Origin: Chloroflexota bacterium
Lineage (GTDB): Bacteria > Chloroflexota > Anaerolineae > Anaerolineales > Villigracilaceae
Reading direction: 5' to 3'
DNA: 64,000 nucleotides
Assembly: GCA_013112685.1 (NCBI GenBank)
Contig: JABFGC010000002.1
Coordinates: 264,223-328,222 of the forward strand
Part shown: piece after piece, positions 63,515-64,000 of the stretch
How positions within the stretch are numbered: position 1 is the first letter of the stretch
Layout: each line of letters starts with the position of its first letter
Notes under the pieces: model-generated
What the model was told of the DNA's origin: nothing
The model's database searches: none
The model's input: the letters and a program-made list of their open reading frames with translations, nothing else
Translations under genes and position numbers: made by a program

Positions 63515-64000
63515 ATGGATAAGAAAAAAGTCGTGGTTGCCATGTCCGGCGGCGTGGATTCCTCCGTTGCAGCGGCTTTGCTCAAAGAGCAGGGCTATGA
63601 TGTAACCGGCATGATGCTTCGTTTATGGAGCGAGCCGGGCAAGGAGGATTCCAACCGCTGCTGCACGCCCGATTCGATGGCGCAGGCGCGCCGTGTCGCC
63701 GCCAAATTGGACATCCCCTTCTATGTGGTGGATGCGAAGGATGTCTTCCGTGAGACGGTGGTGCAATATTTCCTGGACGGCTATGCAAACGGCGAGACTC
63801 CCAACCCATGCCTGCTGTGCAACCGACAGATCCGCTGGACGTTTCTTCTCAACCATGCGCTAGCGCTGGGGGCGGAATATATGGCAACCGGACATTACAT
63901 CAGACGACGGACGACAGACGATGGACGATCCGAACTTTTACGGGCGGTGGATCATTCCAAGGATCAGTCGTATGTTTTGCACGTGCTGACGCAGGAGAAA
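63515..64000 (+). CDS. mnmA: tRNA-specific 2-thiouridylase, 3' partial
   Basis: Translated by hand: VVVAMSGGVDSSVAA, TPNPC..CN, ATGHY, KDQSY. Confidence 0.96.
   Translation, partial: MDKKKVVVAMSGGVDSSVAAALLKEQGYDVTGMMLRLWSEPGKEDSNRCCTPDSMAQARRVAAKLDIPFYVVDAKDVFRETVVQYFLDGYANGETPNPCLLCNRQIRWTFLLNHALALGAEYMATGHYIRRRTTDDGRSELLRAVDHSKDQSYVLHVLTQEK

Overview
GC-rich bacterial window; gene content and style suggest Chloroflexota/Anaerolineae (inference). Many genes, including housekeeping ones, are split by single-base frameshifts, most likely long-read errors. In order: the end of an NRPS/PKS cluster (reductase domain, type II thioesterase, Sfp); fabF and a methylmalonyl-CoA mutase subunit; a candidate new modification operon (membrane protein ending in a (Cys-Ala)n tail, a PqqD/RRE radical SAM-SPASM enzyme, and a paralogue lacking all Fe-S cysteines); yggS-yggT-yggU; potD-mtnA-adenosine kinase-ahcY; an integron-type array of three cassettes with a consensus promoter and attI-like site but no adjacent integrase. 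One attC of that array is split by an IS110 whose left end reads as a bridge RNA with guides matching both the attC target and the IS circle junction. Further on: a TIR-WD40 / SLATT / DRHyd-TPR-SLOG putative conflict operon; alaS behind an apparent Ala-rich leader-peptide attenuator; an ECF sigma/anti-sigma pair; a TIM barrel-luxS-EEVS cyclase-ubiG-ubiA operon; a vWA lipoprotein; a peptide ABC transporter with amidohydrolase; and the 5' part of mnmA. No rRNA, tRNA or CRISPR array was recognised. All domain calls are by motif recognition, not database search.
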